Shown here one piece after another: positions 43,470 to 56,451 of a stretch of 64,000 bases of DNA. A model generated the notes under the pieces. It ran no database searches, was not told where the DNA came from, and saw nothing but the letters and a program-made list of their open reading frames with translations. The translations under genes were made by a program, and so were the position numbers. Numbering within the stretch: the stretch's first letter is position 1; every line of letters starts with the position of its first letter. This DNA comes from Amoebidium appalachense (lineage: Eukaryota > Protista > Ichthyosporea): the NCBI GenBank assembly GCA_963693365.1, contig CAVNZM010000003.1, positions 406,851 through 470,850 on the forward strand. The letters run 5' to 3'.

Positions 43470-46400
43470 TCATGTTGTGATGGTGGTCGGGGGTGGCCGG
43501 GTATCCATAGTCATCACATGTGGTTGCAGTGGTACGACCGTGCGGATGTAGTTTTCTCGCCAATTGTCGTAAATGGGGGACGCCAAAACCATTGGATGTG
43601 CCGCCGGGCACCATCCTTTGACGCCATTGGACCACTCGACGAGAAGGTGGTGGTCCATCAGTTTTGTGGTGTAGTTGGGGACTGGTCTGTGTTGTAGAAT
43701 ACGCAAAAGCGAGGGAAAAGAGTGCTGGGGGGTGTTAGTTGCCCCTACGGGCACCTGTGGGTTGGGTTGCGTTAAGGTGGTTGCGCCATTCTCCAGGCGG
43801 GCTCGTTTCACGTTGTGGTTTGGGAGTGGGTCCACTGTGATGTCGTCGTGTGGCCGTTTTGGTGTGGTTGGGGGCTGTGTTGTAGCAGAGGCAGGAAGGT
43901 GTGGGGCAGAGGGAGGGGGCGTGAGAGTGAAGGGGTCTTCTGGTGTTGGTGGTGGGGGGGTTTTTGGTGGTGGGGGGGTTTTTGGTGGTGGGGCAATAGT
44001 TGTGTTGTTATTTGATATCGAGTGAGGGTGAGGGGGTGCATTGTCGGGGGTAGAAGGGGCTGGATGGCCGGGGTTGGTGGGGGGGGTGGGGGGTGGGGGT
44101 GGGGGCGGGGGGGCGGGGGTGAGTGTGCGGGGAAGGGGTGGGTCGGGGGTTTGGGGGGGAGGTGGTGTAGGGGACACGACTGCTTCAATTACATCAGACA
44201 GGAGGGTGTGGGGGAGATCGATAGGATCAAGGGGGTGTGCAAATGCCGCTTGTTCTTCTGCGGAGGATGTTGGGGGAAGTGGTGGTGGAGGGGGGGCATG
44301 TCGGAGGTGGATGGGGTCAAGGATAGTGTATGGTGCTAGTCTGTTGTGGTGGATGACGTGTTTAAGGAGCTTACCGTTAGTGTTGATTAGCTGATAGGTG
44401 TGAGCAGACTGTTGTTTGTACACCCGGTAGGGACCAATCCACTGGGGAGTAAGCTTCTTGGCCCTGCCGGTGGTGGTGTTGGGCGAGTAGACTCGCACTA
44501 GCTGACCCGGCTGCCATTGGTGGACGTTTTGCACAGTGTAGTTGTCTGCGCTGCGCATGCGCGCAAGAGCAATGGCTGTACGTGCCAAGTCGCGCGCTTC
44601 TTGTAGTCGTTGTATAAGTTGTTGCGCGTAAAGTGATTTGGGGGTGTTGTCGTGGGTGGGAGGGTCCAAGTGCATGTCTTGGGGGAGTCGAGGCTCATAG
44701 CCTTTGTTAAGGAAGAAAGGTGAGTCCATCCCACTAGTGTAAAAAGCAACACGGAGGGCAAAACAGGTGAGAGGGAGGTGCAAATCCCAATCTGCGTGGT
44801 GGGTGGAGGTGTAGTTGCGCAAAATGTGGATTATGTCCTGATTGGCCCGTTCAACTAAACCTGCTGATTGGTGTGTGTGGGGAGAGGACACTAGGTGTTT
44901 GATGCCGAGCAGATAACATAACTCAAGCAAAACTTGGCCGGTGAGGTTGTTTTCTGCGTCTGTGCGAAGTGTTGTGCAAAATCCGTGATGAGAAAATACT
45001 TGATTGATTATGACGTCTGCAATTGTGCGTGCGGATTTATCTGGGATGGGGAATGCTTCTACCCAGTGTGTGAAATTGCAGATTACAACGAGAATATGCT
45101 TGTTTCCGTTGAATGTGGTGGGCAGGTCAACAATCAAATCAGCAGAAATATCTTGCCATGGGTGGGAGGGGACAGATGGGGTGGGGGGGGCTCGGGGGAG
45201 AGTGGGGGGGGCTTTAAACGATTGACATTGTTTGCATGCAGTCACCCAGTGGTACACATCCGAATACATATTTGGCCACCAGTATCTTTCGCGCACTAAT
45301 TGGTATGTTTTCAGCGTGCCTAGGTGTCCTGCAAATACACTATTGTGGCAAGCTTCGAGCACCTTCTTCTTCATGCCGCTAGGTATGCACACAGTGTATA
45401 TATCGCGTGCGCGCATGCCTTTTCGTGTAGGTACATAGACATGGTACAAAGTGTTGTTGTGCATACGAAACATGTCTTTCTCTAACACAATGCGGCGTGC
45501 GAGCGTGTCTTCCGTGGGGAGTGTTCCTTCTTCCAGGTAAGCAATGATAGGGGAGAGGGCTGGATCGGTGCGTTGGAGGCGTTGGATTTCAGCGGGGTCA
45601 AGGGCTGAAATTTGGGGGATGTAGGTGTAGTGTGGTTTAAGAAGGTGGTAGTTGGTGGGGAGAGGTGTGTGTTGTGCATGTAGGGAATGGGGTACCGTGA
45701 TGTTGTTAACATGGCATCCTACGGGTGGTGTTGGGCTGAAGTAGTCAGTTTCCGGCTCCTCGAGGTAGGATGGCGGCGGGAAGTCAGCCAGTGTATCTGT
45801 GGGGGTGTGGGGGTGGTTGTTGTGTTGTAGGGTTAGTACGTTTGGGCTCTCCCCGTGCACCCTATTGGGTGCATCGGGGAGGGTGGTGTGCTGTCGGGAA
45901 ATAGTGGTTGTTGTTGTTGTGTTTGTTGTTGTTGTGTTTGTTGTTGTTGTTGGTAAGATGGGGGGGCTCGTGTTGTTAGTGGTTAGTGTGTGAGTAGGTG
46001 ATGGGTCAACAAGCACTGGGTGTTGGTGGTGTGGGAGTGGGTGATAACGGGAGAGCACATCGGCTATCACATGTAAGCGCCCGGGGCGGTGTGTGATGGT
46101 CACATCATAATCTTGCAAAATTAGTGACCACCGTGCGAGTCTCCCTGAGAGGTTGGTTTTGGTGAGGAGGGACTTAAGTGCTGTGTGGTCTGTGATAACC
46201 TTGCACTTATTTCCCCACAAATAGTTGCGGAAATGTTGCACTGCCCAAACTACGGCTAACCCTTCGAGGTCTGAGATGCCGTAGTTTTTCTGTTCCTTGT
46301 GCAGCGCTTTACTCGCGTAAGCTATAACTACAGGTTGTCCATCTCGAACCTGCTTTAGTACTGCTCCTAATCCGTTGATACTAGCATCTGTCTCTAGTAT

Positions 46401-47580
46401 AAAACCGTTGGGATCATGAAAATCAGGGTGGCTGAGGATAGGTTCGGATATAAGCTTTGTGCGCAAATATTCGAATGCTTGTTGGTGGTGTACCGTCCAT
46501 TCAAAACGTGTGCCGGTGATAATGAGATCACGTAGTGGTTTTGCTACCGAGCTGAAATAGGGCACAAATTTTCGGAAATATCCCAGTACTCCTAAAAAAG
46601 ATTGTAATTCTTTGGCATTTTGGGGTGCTGGCCAATTCTTAACGGATTCAATCTTTGACGGGTCTGGTTTCAATCCTGCTTCGGAAACTATGTGTCCTAA
46701 AAACTTAAGTTCAAGTTGCGCAAAATGTGATTTGGAGAGATTGATTACGCAGTTGTGTTTGGAAAAACGTTCAAGTACTGCACTGATGTGCTGAAGGTGG
46801 TCGTCCCATGTTTTTGAAAAAATGAGACAATCATCCACGTAGCAGAGTACGAAGTCCCACGTAAGTCCCTGCAGCACTAAATTCATCGCACGCGCAAAAG
46901 TCGCGGGGGAACCACGCAGACCCATAGGTGTGGATACCCATTCGTACAAACCACACCATGTAGAGATTGCTGTTTTACAAATATCTTCTTCTGCAACTGG
47001 AATTTGATAGAAACCACTTTTCAAATCCATCACGGTGAAATATTTTGCTTGGTGTAGTGCGGCAAGGCAGTCTTCTATATGGGGTAGTGGGTAAACGTCG
47101 CGCTCTGTCATAGTGTTTAGCTTCCTATAATCACACTCTGCGCGATAAGACCCGTCTGGCTTCTTCAAAAGCATCAACCGTGATGCCCAGGGTGAATGAG
47201 AGGGCCTGAGAACACCTAAGCTAATCCATTTTTCGACTTCGGTCTTCTGAATTTCGCGCTCGCCGGGGGCTAGTCTACCGGGATTGACATAGATTGGTTT
47301 TGCGCTGCCCGTGGGGATTCTATGCACTATTCCTAAATTTTCCATGCTATTGGCGCGAAGTTGTGTACGAGGCTTGTGTTTTACGATTAGTGTTTTTAGC
47401 GCGTGTTTTTGGAGAGTTGTGAGGTGATCGTAACGGGGGTTAGTGTCTATTTCGGTTAGTTTTTCCTGCACAATTTCATCACTCCACCCCTTTGCAAATT
47501 CAAACAGGTTGTCTTCGGGAATGTCAGGTTCAGCAAAGGGGGTGTCTTGGGGAATGGCTGTGTGTGCAGTGTGAGGGGGG
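43470..47580 (-). CDS. Gypsy pol: RT, RNase H, integrase, GPY/F, chromodomain-like C-terminus
   Basis: SPWAS, DYRKLN, MDLKSGFYQI, PMGL, YVDD, FLGH; LETDAS; HHCC zinc finger, ISAD/RTD/VER triad, WIGPY; the frame stays open upstream of the listed start up to a C8 run at 47575-47582. Confidence 0.92.
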
Positions 47581-49921
47581 GGTGAGTAAGAAAGGAAAGT
47601 GTATTTTCAACAGTGTGCACGGTTAGAATGAATGGGGTAGGGGTTGTGGGGGTTGGAGTGGGGGTGGGGGTTGGGGTCGGGGTCGGGGTGGGGGTGGGAG
47701 TGGGGGTTTTTGGGGTCGGGGTGGCGGTGGGGGTTGTTGGGGTGGGGGCTGGGAAGTAGTGGGGTGTGGGCAAAGTGTATGTGGTGAAATTCTTTTGTAT
47801 GAAAGGGATTTTGTGTGGGGTATTCCTGTATGTAGGTGTTGGTGTGGGGTGGGTGGGGGTGGTGGGGGCCGGGGGTTTGGGGGGGTTGGGGGTGGAATTT
47901 TCAAGAAATTCCAGGTCAAGTGCTTCCAATACAACATCACCGGGTGCATATACTTGTGTAAGTGGAACAGATGCAATAATCACACGTTTGGGGAGTTGAA
48001 TCGGGTGGTTTGTGGGGTTGGTGATAGGGAGTGTAACATGGCAGTGTGCATCGAGTGATATCAATACACGGGGCATGAGTACGTGGTGGTAATGGGTGCG
48101 TTCCGTCATTTGTGCAATGCCCAAATGTGCTGTGTGCTCGGGGGCAATGGGGGGGGTGATGCAGGGTACTAATACGGTTGAGCGTGCGGGGAGAGTGATT
48201 TGGACACGAGTATACACTAGGTATTGATCATCGAGATTTTTCAGTTTATTGTATTTTGGCTTTGCTGATGCAGTTGATTCACACGGAGCAGATGTAGATG
48301 AGGGGCACGCTTGTGGTAGGTGCTCAGAGGTCGACTGTGCAGTGGAAGAAGGATTAGGACAGGGAGAGGAGGTAGGGGGGTGTTGTGTAGGGAGGTTGGT
48401 GGGTGGTGTTGTGTGGTTTGTCGGTAGTGGTGTGTTTGTGTTTTGCGCAATGTTTTTGTGTGTGCAGTGCAGAGCGCTTGTGCATTTTTCACGTGCACCC
48501 CAAATTGCAGCCTCCACCTCCTCATCGTGGTGGGATGTAGAGGTGTGCGTGTTCCCAGTATCTATAGGGATGTCCTGAGTATCTATACAGGTGTCCCGAG
48601 TATCTATACGGGTGTTAGTTGTGTGTATACAACTTTGCAGATTACTCCCCTGTGTTTTGTATTCTGCGGGCTCGTGCAGATTGTTGTTGGGTGTGTGTGT
48701 ATCACCCATGTAAGCGCTCGTGGGTGTATGCGTCGTGGTGTGTTGTGGTGTGGGTGTAGGTGTGGGTGTGGGTAGGGAGAGGTTGGGGTTGGGGGGGACA
48801 GGGTGGACATCGACAGAGTTGGATACAGCGATTGGGGACGTTGTGCGAAGGTTGTGCGTATGTGTCCCTAGAGTGGGGTGGTGTATCTGTAGTGCTGCGA
48901 AGTCCACTATTGTGGTGTGGATGCCATGCTTAAGGAAGCGGTTCCAAAAGTCAGTGCCGAGCAGGAGAGGGACAGAGAGGTCGGGAGTGACATATACGCG
49001 GTGTTTGAGAGTGAATGGGGCCATGGAAATGGGGAGGGTGGTGGTGCCGAGGATGGGGAAGGTGAGGTTTTGTGCACCAGTAGCGGCGGTGATTTTTGAG
49101 GGTTCAAGCTTAACAGGGTGTTGGTGTTGTTTCGAGAGTTTTTGTAGGGTTGAGAGGGGAATCACAGAGATAGAAGAACCAAGGTCAAGACAGGTGTCGT
49201 GTATGGGGTATGTGTATATGTTTGTGGTGATGAACATGGGTGTGGTGGTGGACGGTTGGTTGTGTAAGACAGTGTCCCACCCGTGTTCTGGATCTTCAAG
49301 AAGGATGTTTTCCATGCGTGTTTGGTATTCAGTGGTGAAAAGCACGCTGGGTGGAGGGAGAGGTTGTGGTGTTTTGGGTTTGCGCTGGGGTTTTTTGGGT
49401 GCCGGTGAGTAGCGTGGGCCTTTTGGTTTGCGTGGTGGGGGTTGTGGGAATGGGCACTCTGTGTATGCGTAATGGGAAGGTGTGTGTTGGTTGCGAACAA
49501 AGATGGGTGTGGGTGGTGGTGGTGGTATGAGTGCATCTTTGTATGTGGCATATCGTGTCGGTGTGGTAGTGTTAGTAGTGTTAGTAGAGGTGTTGTTTTG
49601 TGTCTTACGGCTCAGGTCTCCAGCAGGAAGGATGGCACGGTTGGCCTGAAGAAGGTTGACCATCGCAGTGAGTCCCTTGCGCAGGCTAGCCAGCTCGTTG
49701 CGGTCTGCCTGTTGCTCACGGCGAACCTCGCGCTCGCGCTTGTCGCGCTGGTCACGCTCCCACTTGCGCATGGCCTCCTCCCTTCTCGCGAGGTCCCGTG
49801 CGCGACGCTTGTGCTCGGCCTCATCGTCGTGTCTGCGTGCGAGAGGGTAGGGAGAGGGACGGGGGTTGTTTGCGTATGGGAAGCGGCAGCGAGCATTGGG
49901 ATGGTGGGAGTGGGGGCACTT
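47581..49921 (-). pseudogene. Truncated gag C-terminus, aspartic protease and spacer of the Gypsy element
   Basis: Begins inside a zinc knuckle (K-C-PHSH-H-PNAR-C); coiled coil; protease LDLGSSIS...LLLGTDF; dUTPase-like ITLPARS...ITNPTNHPIQL; frameshifted relative to pol. Confidence 0.8.
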
Positions 49922-49981
49922 TCGGTCCGGCTAATTGGTCGGCCCGGTTGTCCTGCCCGGGCCGCCCATCTCTGCATCACA
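49922..49981 (-). repeat. Remnant (first 60 bp) of the 5' LTR
   Basis: Identical to 42841-42900. Confidence 0.92.
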
Positions 49982-50725
49982 TTATATTAAATCGCCTACT
50001 ACAGATCTGTAGAATCCCGAGGAGGGACCTTTCTCAGAAGTGATATTCAACACACAATCATATTCTTGAAGGAAATTCCAAAAAAAAATTCTAACCCACC
50101 TGTGGCCCTGCCAGGGGCACATGTAAAAGAAAATACCTGTTCAGGTTTTTATTTCGGCCCACTCATAACTACATTATTTTCAGACCCTGCATAAAAATTC
50201 CAAAACTATTTCCTTCAGGTTCATGGAATTCGTTTTATGAAATCTCCTCGTCATTCTGATTGGCTAAAGTGCGGCAACGCACCACCCGACATTCCTAGGA
50301 TAAAACAGTCGTGTACTTAATATTAGTACACAAGTATTTAGCAGTGAAGTTCTGGTTCGCACAGGAAGGTTTTAGTATTCATACGCGTCAATACTATGCT
50401 TTACGTCCTCTTCATACCTTTGCTTTTTGAAAAACAATAACTAGTCATTCGTATAGGACCTAATTAGTAGCGGCACACTTCCAACTATTCTAGTCTATAC
50501 GTGTACGCATTCCCGCACGTCTAGTGCACTGCACGCCCCCCAGTAATCTTGTGCACGGATTTTAAGATGTAGATTTGGTTATCATGCACTTGAGGGTGAA
50601 ATTTTAGTATGGAAGGAGGTGCTCTTGCACTTGAAAACAGGGCAACACAAATCGTCTGCAAATGCTATTGACATAAACTTTCTTAAAAGTCCCTTCTGTG
50701 CTCTAAAAAGCCATGCGTTCTACAT

Positions 50726-51493
50726 TTACGACTCTGTCTCCCCTGGTCTCTTATGGGAAAAGCTTGCTGCACGGGGTGTACCACACTGCATTGGTGTTTT
50801 GTTAGAAGCACTCTTGTCTCAAACCTATGGTAGAGCTATGGTTAATGGGCACCTTTCATATGGTTTTTCTCGTACTAGAGGTCTCTTGCAGGGTTTATTG
50901 CTCAGCCCCTTCTTGTTTAACCTATTTATAGATGTTTTGGCTGTCAAGAATTATGCCGAAAATGATGACCCTATTAATAACTTTCCGCCTGCACTTCTCT
51001 ATGCTGATGATCTGTCCCACCTTGCCCGTACCCCTAGACGCCTGCAAAGATTGTTCGACATAGTGTCAGAGTGGTGCAAGACAAACCTTATGATCCTTAA
51101 CATAGACAAATGTGGTGTTCTTGTACCTGATATAGCTAACAATTTACACACATTTACATTACTATCATCTAAACCTGTACCTATCGTTCCAGATTACAAA
51201 TATCTTGGTGTTCCGGTCAATTCTGTTGGTGTTATATGTTTTCCCATATGGCTGAAAAGAGGGTAGAGCTGGATCGTAAGCGGTTAGCTTTCTTCTCGGC
51301 TAATATTTTTAAAGACACACCCCTCCATCCTTCTATTAGACTTACATTTATTCGCACTTTTGTCTTCCCGGCATGTGAATATGGTTTACCCCTTATCGCC
51401 GCTTGGATCAAGAAAGAGAGAACTAGAGCGCTTAAACCCTTGGTAAATTTCCTTGAAGTAGAAGTCGCCTCCTTTCTATCTAACAACTGTTGT
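50726..51493 (+). pseudogene. Internal RT fragment of the same non-LTR family as 18859-21427
   Basis: Nearly identical YDSVSPGLLWEKL...YADD...KYLG...FLSNNC, with a frameshift near 51236; truncated at both ends. Confidence 0.92.
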
Positions 51494-51714
51494 TGTCTAC
51501 CAGAAACTTGACTGGTTGTCATCACTGCCACCAACGCTTCTTCCCCCCCCCCCCCCCCAAAAAAAAAAAAAAAAAAAATTTGTGGGGAGGGGGGGGGGGG
51601 GGGGGGGGGGGGGGAGCTCGAGGGGGAGGGTAATTGGGAAGTGGCTGCCAAACATTATGATCATGGCAACATTCAAGGGTTAATTGCACCAAATGCAACA
51701 GACATACTCAAAAT

Positions 51715-51748
<34 letters not shown>

Positions 51749-51807
51749 ACACACCGACAAACACACACACACACACACCACCACCACCACCACCACCACC
51801 AATCCCC

Positions 51808-51838
<31 letters not shown>

Positions 51839-52063
51839 AAAAAAAAAAAAAAAAAAGAAAACAAAATAGCCTGAGAAGAAAAAAGAAGAAAAAGAAGGAG
51901 GAGGAGGAAAAGCATAAGGATGGGAGGAAAGGAAAAAAAAAGAGAAGGAGTAGAAAACAGAACCGTTTGAAAAAAAAAAAACGTTCGAAAAAAACCACGA
52001 CCAAGACAAATTGAGGAAGAAGAGAGTGAGAGGGGGAGGGGGGGATGGGGGGAGGGCAGGGAG

Positions 52064-52147
<84 letters not shown>

Positions 52148-52156
52148 GGGGGAAGG

Positions 52157-52243
<87 letters not shown>

Positions 52244-52503
52244 AGAGAGAGAGAAAGAGAGATCTGTAGAGAGATCTCGAGAGAGAGGGGAACGGGGGAT
52301 AGGGAGGCCGGTGGAAGAGTGAGAGAGTGTGTTGGGGGGGAGGGGGGGAGAGGGGTCGAAGGTCAGACCTGTGTCCGTATTGATGGTTTCCAGTGTACAT
52401 GCCACGTGCGCTGTGCGAAAGAGAGAGAAAGAGAGGGGGGGGGGGGGGGGGGGGGGGGGAGGGGGAGGGGGGGGGAATGGAGAGTCGGGGAGGGAGAGAG
52501 AGC

Positions 52504-52671
<168 letters not shown>

Positions 52672-54636
52672 AGAGAGGGAGGGAGAGAGAGAGAGAGTGA
52701 CAGAGAGAGAGAGACTTGAAGAGAGCGAGAGAGAGAGTGTGTGTGTATGTGTGTGCGTGTCTGTGAGAAAAACGTTTCTGAGGTTGAGGTGGGGGGAGAG
52801 GGGTGGGGTAGAAGGGCCCACAGCGTGTGTATGTATTGGTGGGTGCCACGGTCACCGTGTACATGTACAGTGTGCATATGCATATGTGTGTGTGGGGGGG
52901 GGGGGGGGGGGGGGGGGGGGGAGGACGGGGGGGGAGGGGGAGCCGGGGGGGGGGGGGGGGGGGAGGGGGGTACAACGAATTGTGTTCGAGTGAAGGCGTA
53001 TCTGAACTGACATACATGCATCGGAGTCCGTTTTTCAGCCATGTGGGAAATAAGGGTCGACCCTAGCAATCAACATTAGCTTAATATTTACGCACCATTT
53101 TTTGCATGTGGCTAAACCGGTAAAAAAGTTAGTTTTGTCACCTTACTGGCTAACTTTTTTTGGTGCAGCACTGCCCAGTGCAAGACAATTATTCCGACGT
53201 GACAACTTCGTAAAAAACCTATAACATAATGCTTTCATGAAATATACGTTTTGTGACCCAAACGACAGTTTTGGGGGGTGATTATATGGCAACATCACTA
53301 CAAATACAACCAGCCTTCAGTCCTCCTTCGCATCCGAAAGTTTTATTCAAAAAGAAAAAAAAATGTGGAACGTGAGAGGGAAAAAGTGCACAAATCGGGA
53401 CCACAAGCCGCCGATGCACGGAAGAGACAGGAATGGGGCAAGGGCCGGATTCAGTAGGGATAGGAGGAATTTGGGAAATACAGAGAGGGTGCAATAGTTG
53501 TGGAGGTCTTTTTATTCTTTTTTTTTTCTTGTTTTTTTTGGGGGGCCCCCCCGGGGGGGGGGGGGAGGGGAGGGGGGAGCAGCGGGAAGGAGAAAGGACA
53601 GAGAGAGGAATGGACGACGATTTTTTTTCAGTTTACTTGGACGGGGTTACTTGTGGGTTCTCTGCGGTGGTCTATGTGCCTTCGATTGCGCTGTATGTCT
53701 CAACCACCGTGGCATATTTTTTTTCATGGTGTACCGCCAAGGGAATCCCTCGGATGGGAGAAGGTTGGGATCAGGGGTTGCGAGGTGAGGGGGGGGGGGG
53801 GGGGGACACCAAGTGGAGTCCGGGGTGAAAATGTACCTGTCTTGCTCGTTCGTATTTTAAAATGTCAATGTGTGCGCACTGCGTGAGTCTGCATCGCATC
53901 ACCGCGAACCAATCATTTGATAGTCGACATAGCCTACGAAAAGTCTTTTATTTGTTTAAGATTCGAAAGCCTTCCCGTTTTGGTCCCGACTGTAGCCTAT
54001 CTAGGGTGCTAATTAATTACACATTCAGCTTAGCTATAACACACACCTTCACCAATCCCACTGACTACTAAACAGTACACACCGTTAGCTAGGCTTTTTT
54101 GCCCTGCCATGCCAGTGGGGAGCCGCAGTACGAACAGTGATAGAATCTGGCCAGTGATAGTTGGAAGGATAGGGATCCAATCAAATCCATTCGAATATTC
54201 GGCAGCAAAAGAAGAGACGCAGAGGTGAGATAACAGAGGGCAACTTGTGACAAGAATCATTAGCAAAACCAGGGACGAAATAAAAAAACCGGGTCGGGAA
54301 ACCCACGGGGGGGGGGGGGGGGGGGGGGGGGGGTGGGAGGGAGGGGAACAGGGTTGGAGGGAGGGGGGGGGGGGGGGGGAAGGGGGGGGGGGGGGGGGTA
54401 CTAATGGACGAAAGGGCGGCAACCACCTATTCAAAGGCATATCAAAAGCCCGCGAAACGAACACATAACAAAGACGAAAACAGTATATGTGAACAGAACC
54501 CATCACCATGGGTTTCCTGGGTAGGGAGGTGAGGGGGGGGGAGGGGTTTTGGTGTTAAAGGATTATGATGATGATTGGTAATCATTGGTGGTGGTAGCAC
54601 AGTGGTGGTGGTGGTGGTGGAGGGGGGAGGGGGGAT

Positions 54637-54669
<33 letters not shown>

Positions 54670-55101
54670 CGCTAAAAAATCAGGTGACACCAACACCTAA
54701 AGGAAAGAACTTCGGCAAGCGTGTGTGTGCGCGTTCACAATAACATGGCACCACACCAGGCCAACAGATCTGTTGCTGGGAGGGACTGATTTAATTTCAT
54801 GGGTACTTTGGAAATACTGTCTAATTATCCTAGTTTTCCAGGGAACCTAGCGTATGATTATCATATTTTTGCAATACAATTTTTGCGTCGGGTGGGGGGG
54901 TATTATGATCTGAACGGTACTATTAATAAGGCTGGAAATGTTACTAGGTAGAGCTGCGGACATTTCAAACACATTCTACACACAATTGTAGACAACAGTT
55001 CAATGAAAGATGGTTAATTTTGAGCCTGCGGGGGCGGCGCGTAGCTTTTGCATACATCCCTGATGAGACACACTCGTGTGTGTGTGTGTGCTTGTGTGTG
55101 C

Positions 55102-55213
<112 letters not shown>

Positions 55214-55224
55214 CAGTATGTGCC

Positions 55225-55286
<62 letters not shown>

Positions 55287-55696
55287 CGCGTGCGCACGTG
55301 CAAGGAGGGGGGGAGGGGATGGTCGGCGGGGGGAGGGTGGGGGCCTGGGGGGTGGAGGGGGGGGGGGGGGGGGGGGGGTGGAAGGCAATATGCTGGCTTA
55401 CGAACATACGCACAGGGCCCAAATTTTGCACCACCATTAAACCATGATTGTCGTACTTGAAGTAGGCAAACACGACCCGCCTCCTTCTCCCATCCCCTTT
55501 CCCCTCTTCTTCACACTTCCCAGACATGCAGGCATCATCCCCCCCCCCCCCCCCCCCCCCCCCCCTCCCCCCTTCTCCTACACTCACACACAACGCCCAC
55601 CCTCCACACACACGACCGTGCACATGCACAAGCACACACAAAAACAAACACGACACTCGCACACTGACACGCACACAGACGCCCACACACACACAT

Positions 55697-55795
<99 letters not shown>

Positions 55796-55852
55796 ACGCA
55801 CGCACACACACACACACACAAGCACACACACACGCACACAAGCACGCGCGCG

Positions 55853-55899
<47 letters not shown>

Positions 55900-56057
55900 G
55901 CGCGCGCGCGCACACACACACACACACACGCACACACACATTCACACCTCATAGACTCTGCCCTTAAAACCTATCCCTTCTGTGTTTTTAGAGATATCTT
56001 CACACCTATTTGCATGGTATGTAGAGAAAGGGGAGGAAGTGGGGAGGATAGATGCCT

Positions 56058-56091
<34 letters not shown>

Positions 56092-56178
56092 CTGGGTGGG
56101 GAGGGGAGGGGGGCGGGGGGAGGGGGGGGGGGGGGGGGGGGGGGGAATGGGGGCCGGAGGGGACGGGGAGGGGGGACA

Positions 56179-56237
56179 AAGGAGTTTGAGGAGCCATTCA
56201 GCATCACGGTTGTAGCATGTTTTTTTTTTTTTTTTTT

Positions 56238-56280
<43 letters not shown>

Positions 56281-56451
56281 GGGGGGGGGGGGGGAGGGGG
56301 GCACTGTGTTGTCAAGTTACTAAGTGATTTGCTGCTCGAAGGGCTATTAGGAATGCAGCATATAAATGCAATTATACACGGTGTTGAATTAGTAACCAAC
56401 GGGTTTACATGTTTAAACCGCACTGCGGCATGGCTCCTCAAAGGTTTCCTT
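56179..56451. mobile_element. Old MITE-like element with ~40-bp imperfect inverted repeats
   Basis: tttgaggagccat (56185-56197) and atggctcctcaaa (56430-56442), with continuing partial pairing. Confidence 0.45.

Larger units (their letters stand above)
42641..49981 (-). mobile_element. Ty3/Gypsy LTR retrotransposon with chromodomain, 5'-internally deleted
   Basis: Termini TGTGATG...CATCACA; 4-bp TSD TTAT (42637-42640, 49982-49985); 60 bp identical between the LTRs; PR-RT-RH-IN order. Confidence 0.95.

Noticed and set aside
47456-47582. Programmed gag-pol frameshift
   Set aside because: The shift lies between protease and RT at a C8 homopolymer; a 1-nt indel (mutation or sequencing error) is the simpler explanation.
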